DNA from: Felis catus
Lineage: Eukaryota
Direction: 5' to 3'
DNA length: 64,000 bases
Assembly (NCBI RefSeq): GCF_018350175.1
Contig: NC_058368.1
Coordinates: 189,536,001 to 189,600,000 of the forward strand
The stretch's first letter is position 1, and each line of letters opens with the position of its first letter. Under the pieces are notes generated by a model, which had not been told where the DNA came from, did not search any database, and worked only from the letters and a program-made list of their open reading frames with translations. A program made the translations under genes and the position numbers. Positions 1-12,349 of the stretch are shown here, piece by piece.

Positions 1-129
1 GGAAATGTATACTATCCATTGGGGATTACAGCTCAGTTTTTCCAGTGTCCCCCCTCCCGCCCCCGCAGTAGGAAGAAAATAATATAAAAGACCGTGGTCA
101 GTCATTATCCCCAAATCACAAATCAGTTA

Positions 130-730
130 GGAATAGGTGCACATTTGCCCAGACCTCTTATGAATTATGGTAAAATCCAAACAATAGGAGTTTACATTAA
201 AAAGAGTCAACAGGAATATAGGCAAAGAGGATCCAATATACAACTACTAGGAAACCCTAAAGAAGAAAGCAAAGGAACAGAAGAATCCCAAGAAAAAGAG
301 AACAAAGAAAATACCAAAAACTGTAATTCAATAAAGTTTTCCTAATATAATAAAGTGATTTGAACTATATGTTGAAAAAACATACCCTGTACCTGAGAAT
401 ATTGACCCAGAATGACCAAAACCAGGACATATTCCAGGAAAAAAAAACCTGTATTTAAAAGAAAAGGGGAAAAAAATAGATATTTAAGCAAAAGGAGCAT
501 ATAACTTACAAGGGAAATCAAATTAATTTATCCTCAGATTTTTTTTTGACAGCAAAGCTTTTTGCTAGAAGAAATTAGAGTAATGTATTTAAAATATTCA
601 AGGAGAGAAAATGTGAACTAAGGATTTTTTATCCAGGAAATCACAAGCTGCTAATAACATGTAAAGACTCAGAGAATATTATTCCCATGAGCCCTTCCTA
701 AGGAGTCTTCTAAAGAACACGTTTCAGTCA
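130..730 (+). mobile_element. Degenerate ancient L1/HAL1-like ORF1 remnant
   Basis: ORF 94-345 contains RQRGSNIQLLGNPKEE, resembling the ORF1p motif RRxNIRxIGVPE. 564-638 translates ARRN*SNVFKIFKERKCELRIFYPG, resembling the ORF1p C-terminal ARRQWxxIFKxLKExxxxPRILYP. The strand is A-rich. Confidence 0.75.
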
Positions 731-899
731 GGTACTGCTGGTGAATATCAGATATATAGTTACTTGTAGATAAAAAACTAAATGAGGGTTGAAAGGTAGA
801 CAGTTTAGTATATGATTCAACTGCAAATATACTACAACTATAAAAATTGGGGAGATGATTAGCATATGCAAAAAACATTTTATCTGCTTTCACTAACAA

Positions 900-2338
900 T
901 AATGTCAGTAATAGTACAAATATTATTATTCTGGGGATGTTGTATATATAAAGTAGAAAAAAAGCAAATGCTAATTATGGGACATTCTAATTCTACCATC
1001 TCCCATGCCTCAAAGGATTTTTTAGTTAAAGGAACTATGTAGATAATAGAAGATGTTAAATAAACAATGTAGATATGAATCTGAAATAGACATATCAGTA
1101 TAAACTCATGGGGTATTTGTCTGTTCCAGCTCTTTTCACTAAAAGGGTTTAAAAACAAAGTCAACCCAACAGCAGTGCTCATCTCTAGCATGCAGATTTG
1201 ATCTTCAAATGACATAGCCCATTGAACTAAACCAGGATTTCTTGGAGAAATGGCTAATTCCAGGTCTAAGGCAGGAAATGTTTATGATGAGTTTGGAACA
1301 TCCTGACATGCAGTTAGAAGGAAGCTATCAAAAACTACTAGGGTCATGTCAGAAGATCTCAGGAAGCACCTTGAAGAGCTTTCCACTGGCCAAAGATTTG
1401 AGCTTTACAATAGATTGAAACTAATCAAATATAAATATATATAAATCCAAGAGATTATGACATTTATCTTAAAAATAATAACTGGTCACCTTCTGAAGAA
1501 ACAATGATCCAACTGTCATCTTGAAAACTGGGTAAATAAAAGGAAATAATCAAACCTCATCCTAGCTATCCTATATGAATTATAGTACTATGTTACAAAA
1601 TAGTAGATGAGGGAAAGTGTCTCTTTATAAAAGTATGCCAGGTGATAATTAAAAGGACATATAAAATTAAAATATTACTATTTTTCAACTCCCAATGAAT
1701 TAATGGATGTAGACATTGAAGATCTGCTAGGACTAACATTAAAGAACAACGTAAACCAGACACAAAACATAATACTACCTTAACCTTGTTAAAGGCATCA
1801 GACCTGTGTCAGGACAAGCCTCTAGATTCAGCTCCCAATTTGCAGGAAATAGAGAAGACAGAGGAACACACTGAACTGTACCATGAGTGAGCAGTCAGCA
1901 AATCTGACTGTAGGAAACTTGACAGGCTAAATGACCCAAATTTGTTACCAGATAAACTATAAGGAAAAGAAAGATGTGGAAGGAGGAAACCATAAATTAA
2001 AAGAGACCTAAAAAACATATCAAGTTTTAAAAAATGGGAAAAAATAAACTATAGGGTTTAGGGATGCTCAGTTGAGTGATAAAACCATAAATAAATGCAA
2101 ATAAGTAATTATTATAAAAGTCACAATAGTGATTACTTCTGGAGATAGGAAGGGATTGTGTTGGGATGAGGCATGTGAAGGGGTTATAATAGGGGTGGCT
2201 GGCAATTCTATTTCTTGATTTTGGTGGTAGTTATAACAGTGTTCACTGTATAATAATTTCACTAAGCCACACATTGGTTTGGTTTGGGTTTCTGTGTCTG
2301 TGTTTAATTTTACAATAAAAATATTTTTTTAAAAAAAG
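900..2338 (+). mobile_element. Ancient L1 3' UTR (L1MC4/L1MC5-like)
   Basis: Characteristic blocks (ttccaggtctaaggcaggaaatg, ccactggccaaagat, tagatgagggaaag, gaggaacacactgaactgta). Ends in AATAAA plus an A-rich tail near 2314-2338. Shares blocks with 37500-38410. Confidence 0.7.
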
Positions 2339-2739
2339 AATTAACTGTAGTGGTTATTTGTATTCCTTCTCTCTGGGTTAAATATTTGGTCATGATGAAT
2401 TAAGAAGCTCTCCCCAAAGCAAGGGCTCCTTTGATTTCTAAAGGAACTAGGACATAATAACTAGGGTCCAGCTATGATCATTGAATTAAGCACTTAGGAG
2501 GGCCCATTAAGCTCTTGTTGCATGAAATCAGTGAATCAGTGAGTCAACAGACAATGCAAACACTCCATATTCAAAGTCACTCTGCAGACTTCTACTAGAT
2601 AGCTCTCCCTGGCTAGAAAAATCTTCAGGAGCTCTTTACTACCTGTAGGAAATGCTTATGCTTCCCAGCTTCACATTCCAGCCTCTTTTCCAGAAACCAG
2701 TCTCAACCAACCTTTCCAATCTTAGCACAGCTAGTTTTG

Positions 2740-3190
2740 CAAATGCTATACTCCAGTCAAACAGGTCTACTTTTAGAATTCTATCTCCTATCTTTCTCAT
2801 TTCCCCTGCCCCCATCCCTTCCCTGGTACCTTCCCCCTTTCTTTCTACTGACAGAAACTCTACTCATCCTTTAAGGTCTGGCTCTATTCCCATATCTTCT
2901 CTAAAGACAGTCCTGATTACTCTTTCCCTGTTGTGCTTCCTCTGTCTTATGAACCTCAACAATGTCTATTCTCACTTTTGGATACTTAGCCCTTACTTGC
3001 ACTAGTATTATTGTGAGAGAATTTTTTATCTTTTTAATTTGTTTTGGGCCTGCAAATACACTCGATATTTTCTGAAACTATGTGTGACATTTTTAAAAAA
3101 TGATTACACAAAGCCTATCACCACATTTTGTGCATCTCCAATCAGCATATGTCAATTAACTGTTAAAGTGGGTGGGCGGATGAATGGGTG
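2740..3190 (+). mobile_element. L2 fragment
   Basis: tctactcatcctttaaggtc...tcttctctaaag resembles the L2 3' region. Confidence 0.45.
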
Positions 3191-4059
3191 GATAGGCAAA
3201 AGAACAGATCAAGTTATCACATATTTGAGAGCATTCAGTGGGTACAGGCAGACACATAAGTTTATATACTCAATAGGGGTAGAATTACAGGGGTCTATTT
3301 GACTGCAAGGGTCTCTGGTGAACTACAGGCAGTTACAGATGTTGGGTACCTGGAGGCTGAGATGCTGAAATGTAAGAAGAGAACACTGAAAATATATGGA
3401 AGAAACTAATAATAAACTTTTTTTTTACTCACAGCTTTGTCCACATCTAGACCTATCTGTGGCAGTTCATGCACTTAAATACTGAAACTTGAAGCAAAAA
3501 TTTTAAGAGTCCCACTCTATATACTTTACAAAATCACTTATGGGAAGTTTGGGGGTGAACAGGACTATAATTGAGTTTGATGAGAGTTCCCTGTGACCTA
3601 AAATCCAGGTATGAATGGTTACGTGAAAAATTAGAGGCCCAATCCTTCAGTTATGAGGATGACTTCTGCATAAAGAAGAAAAGTAAGGTCCCTGAAATGT
3701 GTCAGCTGTCCCAGGGAGCTCTGAGCTGAAAGAAATCCTTGTCCTAGTCAGAACACTAGGTCAGCCGAGTAGCATAGTACCTGGAGCCTGATCCTTCTGG
3801 TTCGCTTCCTCCAGCTAACCACAGACCTGCCCTCCTTTTGAAGCAATGGCTCCAGGGAGAAATCTGCAGACAGATTGGAAGGGATAAATGAATTGGAGTC
3901 TGTGAGCTAAGATGTAAGCAAATATAAATAAACAGAATTAGAGGTGGAAAGAATGGAAATCCCAGAGCCAACAAACTTCTTTTCCCTCGTGCTTTGGCAT
4001 TTTCCCTTCAAGAAAGCCAGGAAAGAAGAGAAAGTTTCTACCATGGATTGGAGGCCTCC

Positions 4060-4360
4060 TGTGTAATGAGAACTATCCTAGCTGCTTTCAAACATGCAAT
4101 TTTATTTAATCCTCCCCCTCAACTTGTGTGTCATGCTTGTGCAGGGCCCATGCTAATCTCTGTATCATTCCAACTTTAGTATATCTGCTGCCAAAGCAAG
4201 CACCACCTCAACTTGCAAGGAAAGAGTCACCTTCCATGTTTTACTGAAGATGCAAACCCAGATTTAAAGAGATTGAGAGACTTGGCCAAGGCCACACACT
4301 TAGAAAGTATAAAAACCAGGATTGAAACTAATGTTTATTTTCCTCCAGAGCCCTGCCCAC
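4060..4360 (-). mobile_element. MIR interrupted by a U6 retrocopy
   Basis: ttatttaatcctc...ccatgttttac...gacttggccaaggccacac...ccaggattgaaac is an antisense MIR core. Confidence 0.65.
4121..4203 (-). pseudogene. RNU6: U6 snRNA retropseudogene, 3'-truncated and tailless
   Basis: Reverse complement reads GTGCTTGCTTTGGCAGCAGATATACTAAAGTTGGAATGATACAGAGATTAGCATGGGCCCTGCACAAGCATGACACACAAGTT, matching U6 from nt 1 to about nt 86 with CpG decay. Flanked by the direct repeat CCTCAACTTG. Confidence 0.95.
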
Positions 4361-4399
4361 TACACCTCTAGTGGAAACAGAATTATAGCCTGTTTTAAC

Positions 4400-4545
4400 T
4401 GAAAGATGACCTCACCATCATCCCCATTTCACAAATGAAGAAACCAAGGCCAGAAAGGACGAGCAACTTGCCCAGTTCACATGGTCAACTTGTAAGAGGT
4501 TCTCAGCTGTAGCCCACACCTTCTGATTTCCAAATAGGAGCTCTC
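4400..4545 (-). mobile_element. MIR fragment
   Basis: ccccatttcacaaatgaagaaaccaaggccag...acttgcccag. Confidence 0.65.
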
Positions 4546-4551
4546 ATTATT

Positions 4552-4995
4552 TGTATCCTCCGAGGTCCTACAAGAATGGCACACTCAAATGGGAGCATTA
4601 GTGGGGAGCTTAATGAAGGGACTGTTATGCAAGGGCACATTTAAGGGAAGCCAAATAAGGATGGTGAAGAAATCCAAGTGTAGGAGCTATAAAGGGGGCT
4701 ATGAACACCCCTGTGCCTGAAGGGACAAGGCCAGGGCCCTTAACTCACTCTGAACTTTGGTAAAGAAAGGCACTGCCAGCCTGCAGGCTGGCAGGGAGGG
4801 AATCTAGGCCATAGTACTCTGCTCTCCCTCTTTCTCTAGTCTACTTGTGTCCTAGTGGTGCCTCCCATAAGCTGTACTGGCATTCTACCAAATGCCAGAA
4901 GGTGAGGGGTTTCCAAGGCAGCTTCCAGGGCTCAGAGCAGGATAGGAAAGGAAGAAGATTGGACTGGGAAGGAAAATTAAGACTTCTGAGTGCAC
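4552..4995 (-). mobile_element. ERVL solo LTR (LTR41-like)
   Basis: tgtatc...atggcacactcaaatggg...ttaatgaagggactgtt...acccctgtgcctgaagggac resembles the antisense LTR41 consensus. Confidence 0.55.
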
Positions 4996-6689
4996 TACTA
5001 CACAGGGATGCTTCTCTGAACCTCAGTCTTTGGGAAGAGTCCTGCCTCCACAGGTCAAAGACAGCAAAAAAACAATAATAAGTCTCTCATGCCAGTCAAT
5101 GTGGAGCCACGAAGGCATGGCACAGGGAAATAAAGTGCAGCTCACAGCACAGAGCTGAATTTCTCACTACCCACTGCATGAGTGTTATCCTAGTCTGGCC
5201 AACTTGTGTATGATAAAAGGGGGCAGACAGAAACTCTGTTCCAATCACCTCAGGATCAAAGGCATTGTGTTGGGACTTTTCTGCTTTGGTACAAAGATCA
5301 CTACTGGCGTTCAAGCAGAGAGTTGCTGGTGTTTCAGATGAGTTTTTGTGGGTCTTTGAGAATTAAAAACAGAAGGGGGAGGAAGGGAATGCATGTGTGC
5401 AGGAGCATGTTTGCTATTTACGAGTTCTTAGAAATCAATGCCACTTTTCAAATAAAGACAATCCCTAAGTGAAGGCGGCTTGGCCATCCTGCTAAGGCAT
5501 GTCCCTCCTATCTATGCCCTGAGCACAGGCATCCTTGCTTTGGTCCTAAATATCTCCCCCAGGGCGGAGATGCCCCAGTAGGCTTCTCCAGCCCACCCTA
5601 GCCTTCCACCCCAGCCTTCCATCCCTGCCTGAAGTTTCAACTTCAGCTTCCACTGAGCCCCCATCGTCTCCCTGATTTGGTCATATTTCCTACTTAGTTT
5701 AAATCAACAGTCTGATTTTATCAACAATAATGCTTTATGGAGGTTTATTTCTTCAAACAGACTGTGCTCCTCTTTGCTATAAAGTTAATTTTACGTTCTT
5801 TGTTCACTTTCCTAATCTGCAAATTACATCCTCCTGTTCCCTGATTGCTTACTATTGGAAAAACAGCCCCTCTTTGCTTCCAGTTTGAATATTCTCTGCC
5901 TTATCTTGATGACCCTAATCTTTCTCCCCGGACCAGCCTCTCAAGGCAGCCATGAGTAACAGGCAGGGTGCAGCCTGTTCACCAGCACAGACCTTGTGTG
6001 GCTGAGTGGGCCAGGGCTGCATAACCTCCCTCCTCTGCTGGCCTTTTTTTCTTCCCCAATCGTTTTTTTCTCAAAGTGTGGGAAGAGGGTCAGTTGCAGC
6101 AGGAAGGATTAGAAATTCTGGGAGCCACTCCATGCTCTCAGAAAGTCCTAGTGGGAAGACGGAGAACTTCCGACACCCAGAGAAACAAGGACAAACGCTT
6201 CGGAGGCTGACGCTTCGCTGATACCACATGAAAAATGACCTCTTTTGTTGGAAGTGCCTGGAGGGGGAGGGGCTACAAAAGGAAGAGAGATCACTGGGAA
6301 TGGTGAAGGGAAAAATAGAATCAGTTCTTACATGATCAGGATTTTTAAAGAGGATGGGGAAGAAATTACCCTGCTATCAGAAACGTCAAAGAGAATTAAG
6401 CATGTTCCGCATAGAGGGAAGGAAGGAGGGAGAAACTGGCCAAAAATTAAAAAGACAGAGCTGGAAGGGACCTTAGCAACCCCCATGCTTTATGGAGGAG
6501 AACGCCAGGTTCCCTCAACCAGACCCTGAGTTCCAATAATAGCAACAGAGTCATAGCATTGATGATAATAATGATAAGTGATATTTGTTTACTGTTATTT
6601 ACCAAACCAATCCACCATCTTACTGTTGCTTACCACATGCCATGTTCATTTCCATCTCCAGGTCTCTATCTTCTCAAAACTCTAAAAGC

Positions 6690-6910
6690 TAGTATTTCTT
6701 GTGTGTTGTGCACTGGACGCTGTTTAAATGCTTTACATGTCTTATTGCATTTAATCTTCCAAAACAATTCCAGGCGGTAAGTAGAGTTATCATCTCCATT
6801 CCACAAGTAGGGAAACTGAGACACACAGAGGTTGATAACCTGGTGATGGTCACAGGTAGGAAGAAAGAGCCAGGATTCAACCAGGTCTGTCTGTCTTATG
6901 AACCCACATT
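6690..6910 (-). mobile_element. MIR
   Basis: atgctttacatg...atttaatcttcc...ggaaactgagacacagaggtt...ggtcacag...gagccaggattcaa. Confidence 0.8.
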
Positions 6911-7094
6911 CAAAAAATATTTAGGGAATCACTATGTGACTCTTGAATTGGTATATTATTCACACAAACCTCATTCCTGCTTTAGTCCCAATGCTCTAGT
7001 TTTCTGGGGACATTGCTGTTTGTCTAAACCCCTCTAGGCTTCCCAATTTGGGGGCAGAGTCTTCTTTTGATACCCTAGGCCAGACCAGGCCAAA

Positions 7095-7260
7095 GGTGGA
7101 GTAACTCTATAAAGGGCCAGATAGTAAATATTTTAGGCTTAGCAGAACACATATGGTCTCTGTCACCATATTCTTTGTCTCTTTGTGTTCTTTGTTTTCA
7201 TTTTTGTTTTTTACAATCTTTCAAAAACATAAAAAGTCATTCATTCTTAGCTTGAGAGCT
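7095..7260 (+). mobile_element. hAT-Charlie MITE fragment (MER58B-like)
   Basis: taaagggccagatagtaaatattttaggctt...atatggtctctgtcac. Confidence 0.7.
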
Positions 7261-7629
7261 CCCTCTGACCTTGTCCTGTGCCCACAAACCTTAGAGTCAT
7301 GCTTTAAATGTTCCTTTCCCACCACCTGTCCATCATAAATATCTTTAGGTTTGGGCTGCGTCTCAAAATACCCCCTAAATTTTTTCCAGCTCCCCCCATC
7401 CCTAGTCCAGTTCCTTACTATCTCATGCATGCTCTGGTCACCAAAATGGTCTCACCTACTCCCCAAAGCAGCATACCTATCACTGTTAGATCTGTCCTCA
7501 CAAGCAATCATTCCCTTGCTAAAATACCTTCAAATCTAAGCCCATGACTCTGCATTCAACGGCTGATTCTCCAAACATACACACATACATACACACAGGG
7601 TTATCTGGTCTTTAACAATAATACAGACA

Positions 7630-7860
7630 GGAACAGTTAACATTTAGTGAGCATTAATACGAGCTAGCCACTCTGCCAGCAACATGCATCATCTCATTTA
7701 GGTCTCAACAGAACCCTGTGAGACAGGTGTGATTATAAGCTCAGTTTTACAGATGAGGCTCGGAGACATTAAAGAATATATGCTAGTTCACACAGTCAAA
7801 TGGTAAAACTAGGAACCGAATTATGGCTGTCAGACTCCAGGGGCCCTTTCCTTAACATCC
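7630..7860 (-). mobile_element. MIR
   Basis: atctcattta...aaccctgtgagacaggt...ttttacagatgaggctc. Confidence 0.75.
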
Positions 7861-8296
7861 ATCTTTCACTGCCTTTAACATGTCTCCCCCTCTGCCCTCC
7901 CACGGCCAGTCCCACCAAGAAACATCCTCAAAGGAACCCTTGATTCAGGAGACAGCAAGCAAGTCACCCACATGATACACATCTCAGCTCTTGCCCCCCA
8001 AAGGGAAGCAAGTGCCCTGGAAGAGAAGCCGGTGCCTCTGAACTTAGAGCACCATAAATCGAGCAGGAATGACCCTGGGTACAGACAGCAGGTTCCATCT
8101 GATGTCCCTAGTAGCAGTCTGCCTGCCAACAAGTGGGCAGCTCAGAGCAGCTGCATTTCAAAGCAGCAGACCAGGGCAAGCTACCAATGTGTGGACCAAC
8201 CACTCCACAATTTGCCTAAAAGCCACACTGTGTTTCCTGGACTATGGCCACAGGCCAAAACACACACATTCCTGTTTTTATGACTATAAGGTAAGC

Positions 8297-8866
8297 ATTC
8301 TTTTAATGGTTCCTTCCCTGTTCCCTCACTCTCACTTGTGTTGCTTTGCTTCTTCCACCTCCTCGCTGCTCTGCTCTCTGCCTCCCTTGCTTCACCCTCC
8401 TGCTTCAAAGCTTCCTCACCACTGTCTCACTCCTTGCTTTCCTGCAATGTCCCCATTGCAGTGGCTTTCCCTTCCTTTCAGGTCCTTGGTCAGGTTTTCT
8501 CTAATTGCTACACTTCCTCTCCTTCTGTTTTCCTGTTTGCCTGGCAGAGCGTCCTTCCCCTGCCTGTGCAGATTCCCGGCTTTAGCACAGACTTGAAAGC
8601 TCCACTCCAGCTTCCTTGTCTTCCCCTTTCCCTGCTTGGTCCACTCTCTCTCCTCCACTGCAGCTCCTCTACATGGCCCTTCCCTTTCTTTCTGGACACC
8701 TGGTCCCTCGTGTCTCTCTTGCCCTTCCCCACCCTCTTCACCCTTCACCTCTGGTCTTTGTTCCCCTGTCTCCTGTCTTTCCTCAGCCCTCCCCTCCCTC
8801 CTCTTGGGTCCCCTCCTGGTTTCCATACTCCCCCCCCCCACACTTATCTTTGTTTTCCTTCCTTCT
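8297..8866. repeat. Pyrimidine-rich low-complexity tract (~570 bp)
   Basis: Strongly C/T-biased on the + strand. Explains the stack of overlapping Ser/Leu/Pro-rich and Gly/Arg/Glu-rich ORFs. Confidence 0.85.
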
Positions 8867-9190
8867 GGCCGCTGATAGAGTGGGAGTAGTTACAGGCTGC
8901 AGCCCTGATTTCACAGGCAGACCCGGATGGAGCCAGCTAACATTGCCCAGAGAAAGGGAGTCTCAGTCCCTACATGCAGTTCCCACCCCTTACACACAGA
9001 TTGGAGCTGAACTTTAAGGGTTCAGTATAAAGAAAGTACCCAGAATTTGAGGGATACAGCTCAGCTAGCAGAATGGAGAAAGGACTATTTTTCCCCCAAC
9101 TGATCTCCTTTAAATCAAGGTCAAATACCAGAGCCAGGACACGTCATTTTTAAGCTGCAGCCTTAGGGTAGAACCCCAGTGACCATCCCT

Positions 9191-9214
9191 ACACACACAC
9201 ACACACACACACAC
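9191..9214. repeat. (AC)12 microsatellite
   Basis: Direct read. Confidence 0.95.
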
Positions 9215-9469
9215 TTCACTTCTTATTCACTTTTATTAGGAGCAAAAGACCCTGTGACTTTTCAGATGAAGTGTGTGAAACACCCATACTGCAAAATAAA
9301 AACTATAAAGGAAACCAGAACCACCACAAAAGGAGATGTTGCTGCCCCAGGGAAAGGACCCTATTCCATCCCTTCTACCTCTTCCCCATCAATTCTTTTC
9401 AACTTCAGTTGTTCCTGTTTCCTGGACTGAGTCCCCAGTGGAGCAGAGCTAGTGTCTTTCCTTAGAGGA

Positions 9470-9488
9470 CAGCGCCATCTAGCAGGTG
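9470..9488 (-). promoter_or_regulatory. Candidate CTCF site
   Basis: Minus strand CACCTGCTAGATGGCGCTG fits the CTCF core CCRSYAGRKGGCRS with one mismatch and retains its CpG. Confidence 0.55.
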
Positions 9489-10129
9489 AAATGCCAAACC
9501 CTTAGCTAGGAGCTGAGAAGAAAATCCCCTACCCCAGGCTTCCAGCTTCTCTTTCTAACTCTCAGCCAGTCAAACCCCAACGATCTGAAACAACAGTTTA
9601 ACCTTTGGCTTTGTTGGAGCTTTTAGTCCATTTCCAAGCATGCCTATTTCTCCAGTACCTGATTTAGTTTCAGTTTGTGGCCTTCGTTCCTAGAAAAGGC
9701 AAGGAAGTTCTAGGTGAACCAACAGGCTCTGCCTGATGCTGGGGAACTGCAGGTGACTTCTCCAAAGCAAACAAATTGGAATATCTTAAAGATATATCTG
9801 CAGAACTGCTCAGACCACCTCTGGAATTCTGTGGCAACATTTGCTATTCTTTCCTTTTTTTTCCAATTGTTTCTTCCTCCTGCCTTCCTCCCTTCCTTTC
9901 ACATGTATTCAGTGCCTGCTGTATACCTGGCACTATGCTAAGTTAATTAAGAGACAGTTCCTCCCTCAAGTGTCCCACAGTCCAATGGACTCAGATGTTA
10001 GACTCTCAGATTTGCAGGACGTCTGACTCGGGATAAGGACTTTGTATTTCTGGCTGTGCTAAGGGTCTATGGAATAGAGAAGAGAAGACAGGCTTAAGAT
10101 ACCCACCCCCCCCCCCACACACACACACT

Positions 10130-10245
10130 TCTACCTCTATCAGAGCAGCTTTATTTTTATCTAGGCTTTACTTATTCGATGTCTGCCTAAATTTTATTTG
10201 AATAAAGAATTTTGATGCTTGTGAAGAAGTTTGAAAACATCTGCT
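10130..10245 (+). mobile_element. hAT MITE fragment (MER103C-like)
   Basis: agagcagct...ttttatct...ttttatttgaataaag...aagtttgaaaac. Confidence 0.4.
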
Positions 10246-10498
10246 TCAATCTAAATGTCTCCCTCTACAGATGAGGAGCATGAGGTCCCAAGAAATTCAA
10301 GGACTTACCCAAGCCCATAGAACAGGGGAATAGCTCTCTACATTCTCCTTTCCTAGCTCCTTAACAGTAAAATCCAAAACTCAGCAGGTCTTCAAGGCCA
10401 GGCTTCTACAAAGCAAATGAGTACAAAAGTAAACTGGTCTGGTTATTTTGTATTTTTGTTTGTTTCTCGCCTGCCAGATTCCGTGTAGGCAAGGATGG

Positions 10499-10913
10499 TG
10501 TATGATTCTGCTGGGGCTACCACCACAAAATATCCTTCAGTGGATGACTTTAACAGCAGAGTTTCATTTTCTTATAGTTCTGAAGGGTAGAAGTCCAAGA
10601 TCAAGGTGTCAGCTGGGTGACTTTCTTCTGAAGGCCATGAGGGAGGGATCTGTTCTAGGTGTCTCTCCTTGGCTTGCAGATGACCATCTTCTCCTGTGTC
10701 TTCACATCGTCTTCCCTTGTACATTGTTCTGTCCAAGTTTTGTCTTCTTATAAGGACACCAATCATATTGAATTAGGGCCCGTCCTATTGACCTCATCTT
10801 AATTTAACTACCTCTGTAAAGGCCCTGTCTCCAAATACAGCCCCATTCTGCAGTACTAAGGGATTCAAATTTCAACATGAAATTTTGAGGAATACACAAT
10901 TCAGCCCATAGCA
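10499..10913 (-). mobile_element. MaLR solo LTR (MLT1B-like)
   Basis: TG...CA termini; agttctgaagggtagaagtccaagatcaaggtgtcagc, cttcttataaggacaccaatcatattg, acacaattcagcccatagca. Confidence 0.9.
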
Positions 10914-10939
10914 GAGGCTAATGGTTTTTATTTTCCTTG

Positions 10940-11085
10940 CAAGCCTTGATCAACTGGTAGTGGCTGCCTGGATACCCCTTGCCAAAAAGGCTGAAAAGGA
11001 CTCTAAAAACAAGTCTACACAGGTTCCACATTGCTAATGTAAGCTACAGGCACGGGAGTGGGGAATAGAAGTGTGAATGTCCACA
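10940..11085. mobile_element. MER102-like hAT fragment
   Basis: ggtagtggctgcctgga...aaggactct...ggcacgggagtgggg. Confidence 0.45.
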
Positions 11086-11479
11086 TGCATATAGACACTG
11101 CCCCCTAGGAGCAAGGACAGGCCATATCTCAACATAGCCACACCACTGAAAGAGGGTCCATGGCAATCATGCACTCCCCTCAAGCCCTTCATTTTACAGG
11201 TGGGGCAAATGATCCAGGGAGGTTATGCCTTGCCTAAGTCACTCAACTCCTTTGTGACAACATTAGAGCTAGGTGCTGACTTCATATCTTTGATCTGGTG
11301 TCTTTTCCAAGACCTCATGTTACCCCTAGTGACATCCAATAAATATTCAAACCCCTATATTTCCCAAGGATTCCCCAAGTCCCCTATTCCCACAAACCTA
11401 AGAAGGCACCATGTAGAGAGAACTAAGCTAAAAATTAAAGGTCTCGGTTGGCATCTATGGCCAACTCCATGATTGCACA

Positions 11480-11592
11480 GACCACTAAGTATTAAAGGAT
11501 TCTGAGGCTGTATCTAGGCCTTTCCAGAGAGAATACTGCCATCAGTGAGTGATGTCTGCCATTGCTGTGGGCACAGGACTGGGGAGTGGGAA
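11480..11592. mobile_element. MER102-like hAT fragment
   Basis: aaggattctgaggc...tgatgtctgccat...gggcacaggactggggagtgg. Confidence 0.55.
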
Positions 11593-12349
11593 GATGAATA
11601 TTACATATATGCTAGATTAGATAATCTCTAAAGTCCCTTCCAGTCCAAAGACTCTATGATGAGAGTGTTGGGCAGATGCCATGGGTTTCTTCCTTGAACT
11701 TAACTAGAAAGTTGGGTTAAGAGATATGTCATGATGATCCTGATGCCCAGACACAATTATGTGACTTAATCCAAGGGCTTTCTGCACAGGCGCCTTCTTT
11801 GTCACTTCCTGACCCAGAAGCTCTAGCTACCCAACCATAGTTCCAGTCTCACTGAACTTATCACTGGTATTTCTCCCTGTAGAATCTCCTTTCTGGAGAC
11901 CTAACTCCTAGTCCTGACGAAACACTGGAAACTTCCATTTACTTGATGCAGCAACAGACAAGGAATGTTTGCTGAAGAGTGATCCCTCAGCCACTGCAGG
12001 TGAGGGTGCATGCAAAGGTCAGCTGGCTGGCTCATGGGCCTTGGAAAAGGTCAACTACAAGAGAATAGATACTATTTTTCAAAGGCTTGCCAACATGCTA
12101 CAACCTGATATGTGGCTGAGCCATGAGGCTGCTCAGGGAGAGGCACTTTGGAGGCGTTGAAGACATTTGCCTCTTCATACAGAGAAAAGGAGCCTTTTTC
12201 AGGCTCTTCTGTTCCATTCAGCTCACAACTCCCCTGCTCCCTCTTACTTATCCCTCTTGGCAGGCAAGCCTGGACAACTTCTGAAATAAGTATTTATCAC
12301 CTGGAAGAAAAAGTTCTATGTGAATGGGTATGAGAACCTGAAACTGGCT

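Noticed and set aside
4121..4203. Functional U6 gene
   Set aside because: The 3' end is missing, the ACAGAGA-box region has a deletion, there is no T-run terminator or evident PSE/TATA, and it is flanked by a TSD.
8069..9017. Stack of long overlapping ORFs (up to 183 aa) on both strands
   Set aside because: They arise from a stop-poor polypyrimidine tract, have biased composition and show no domain.
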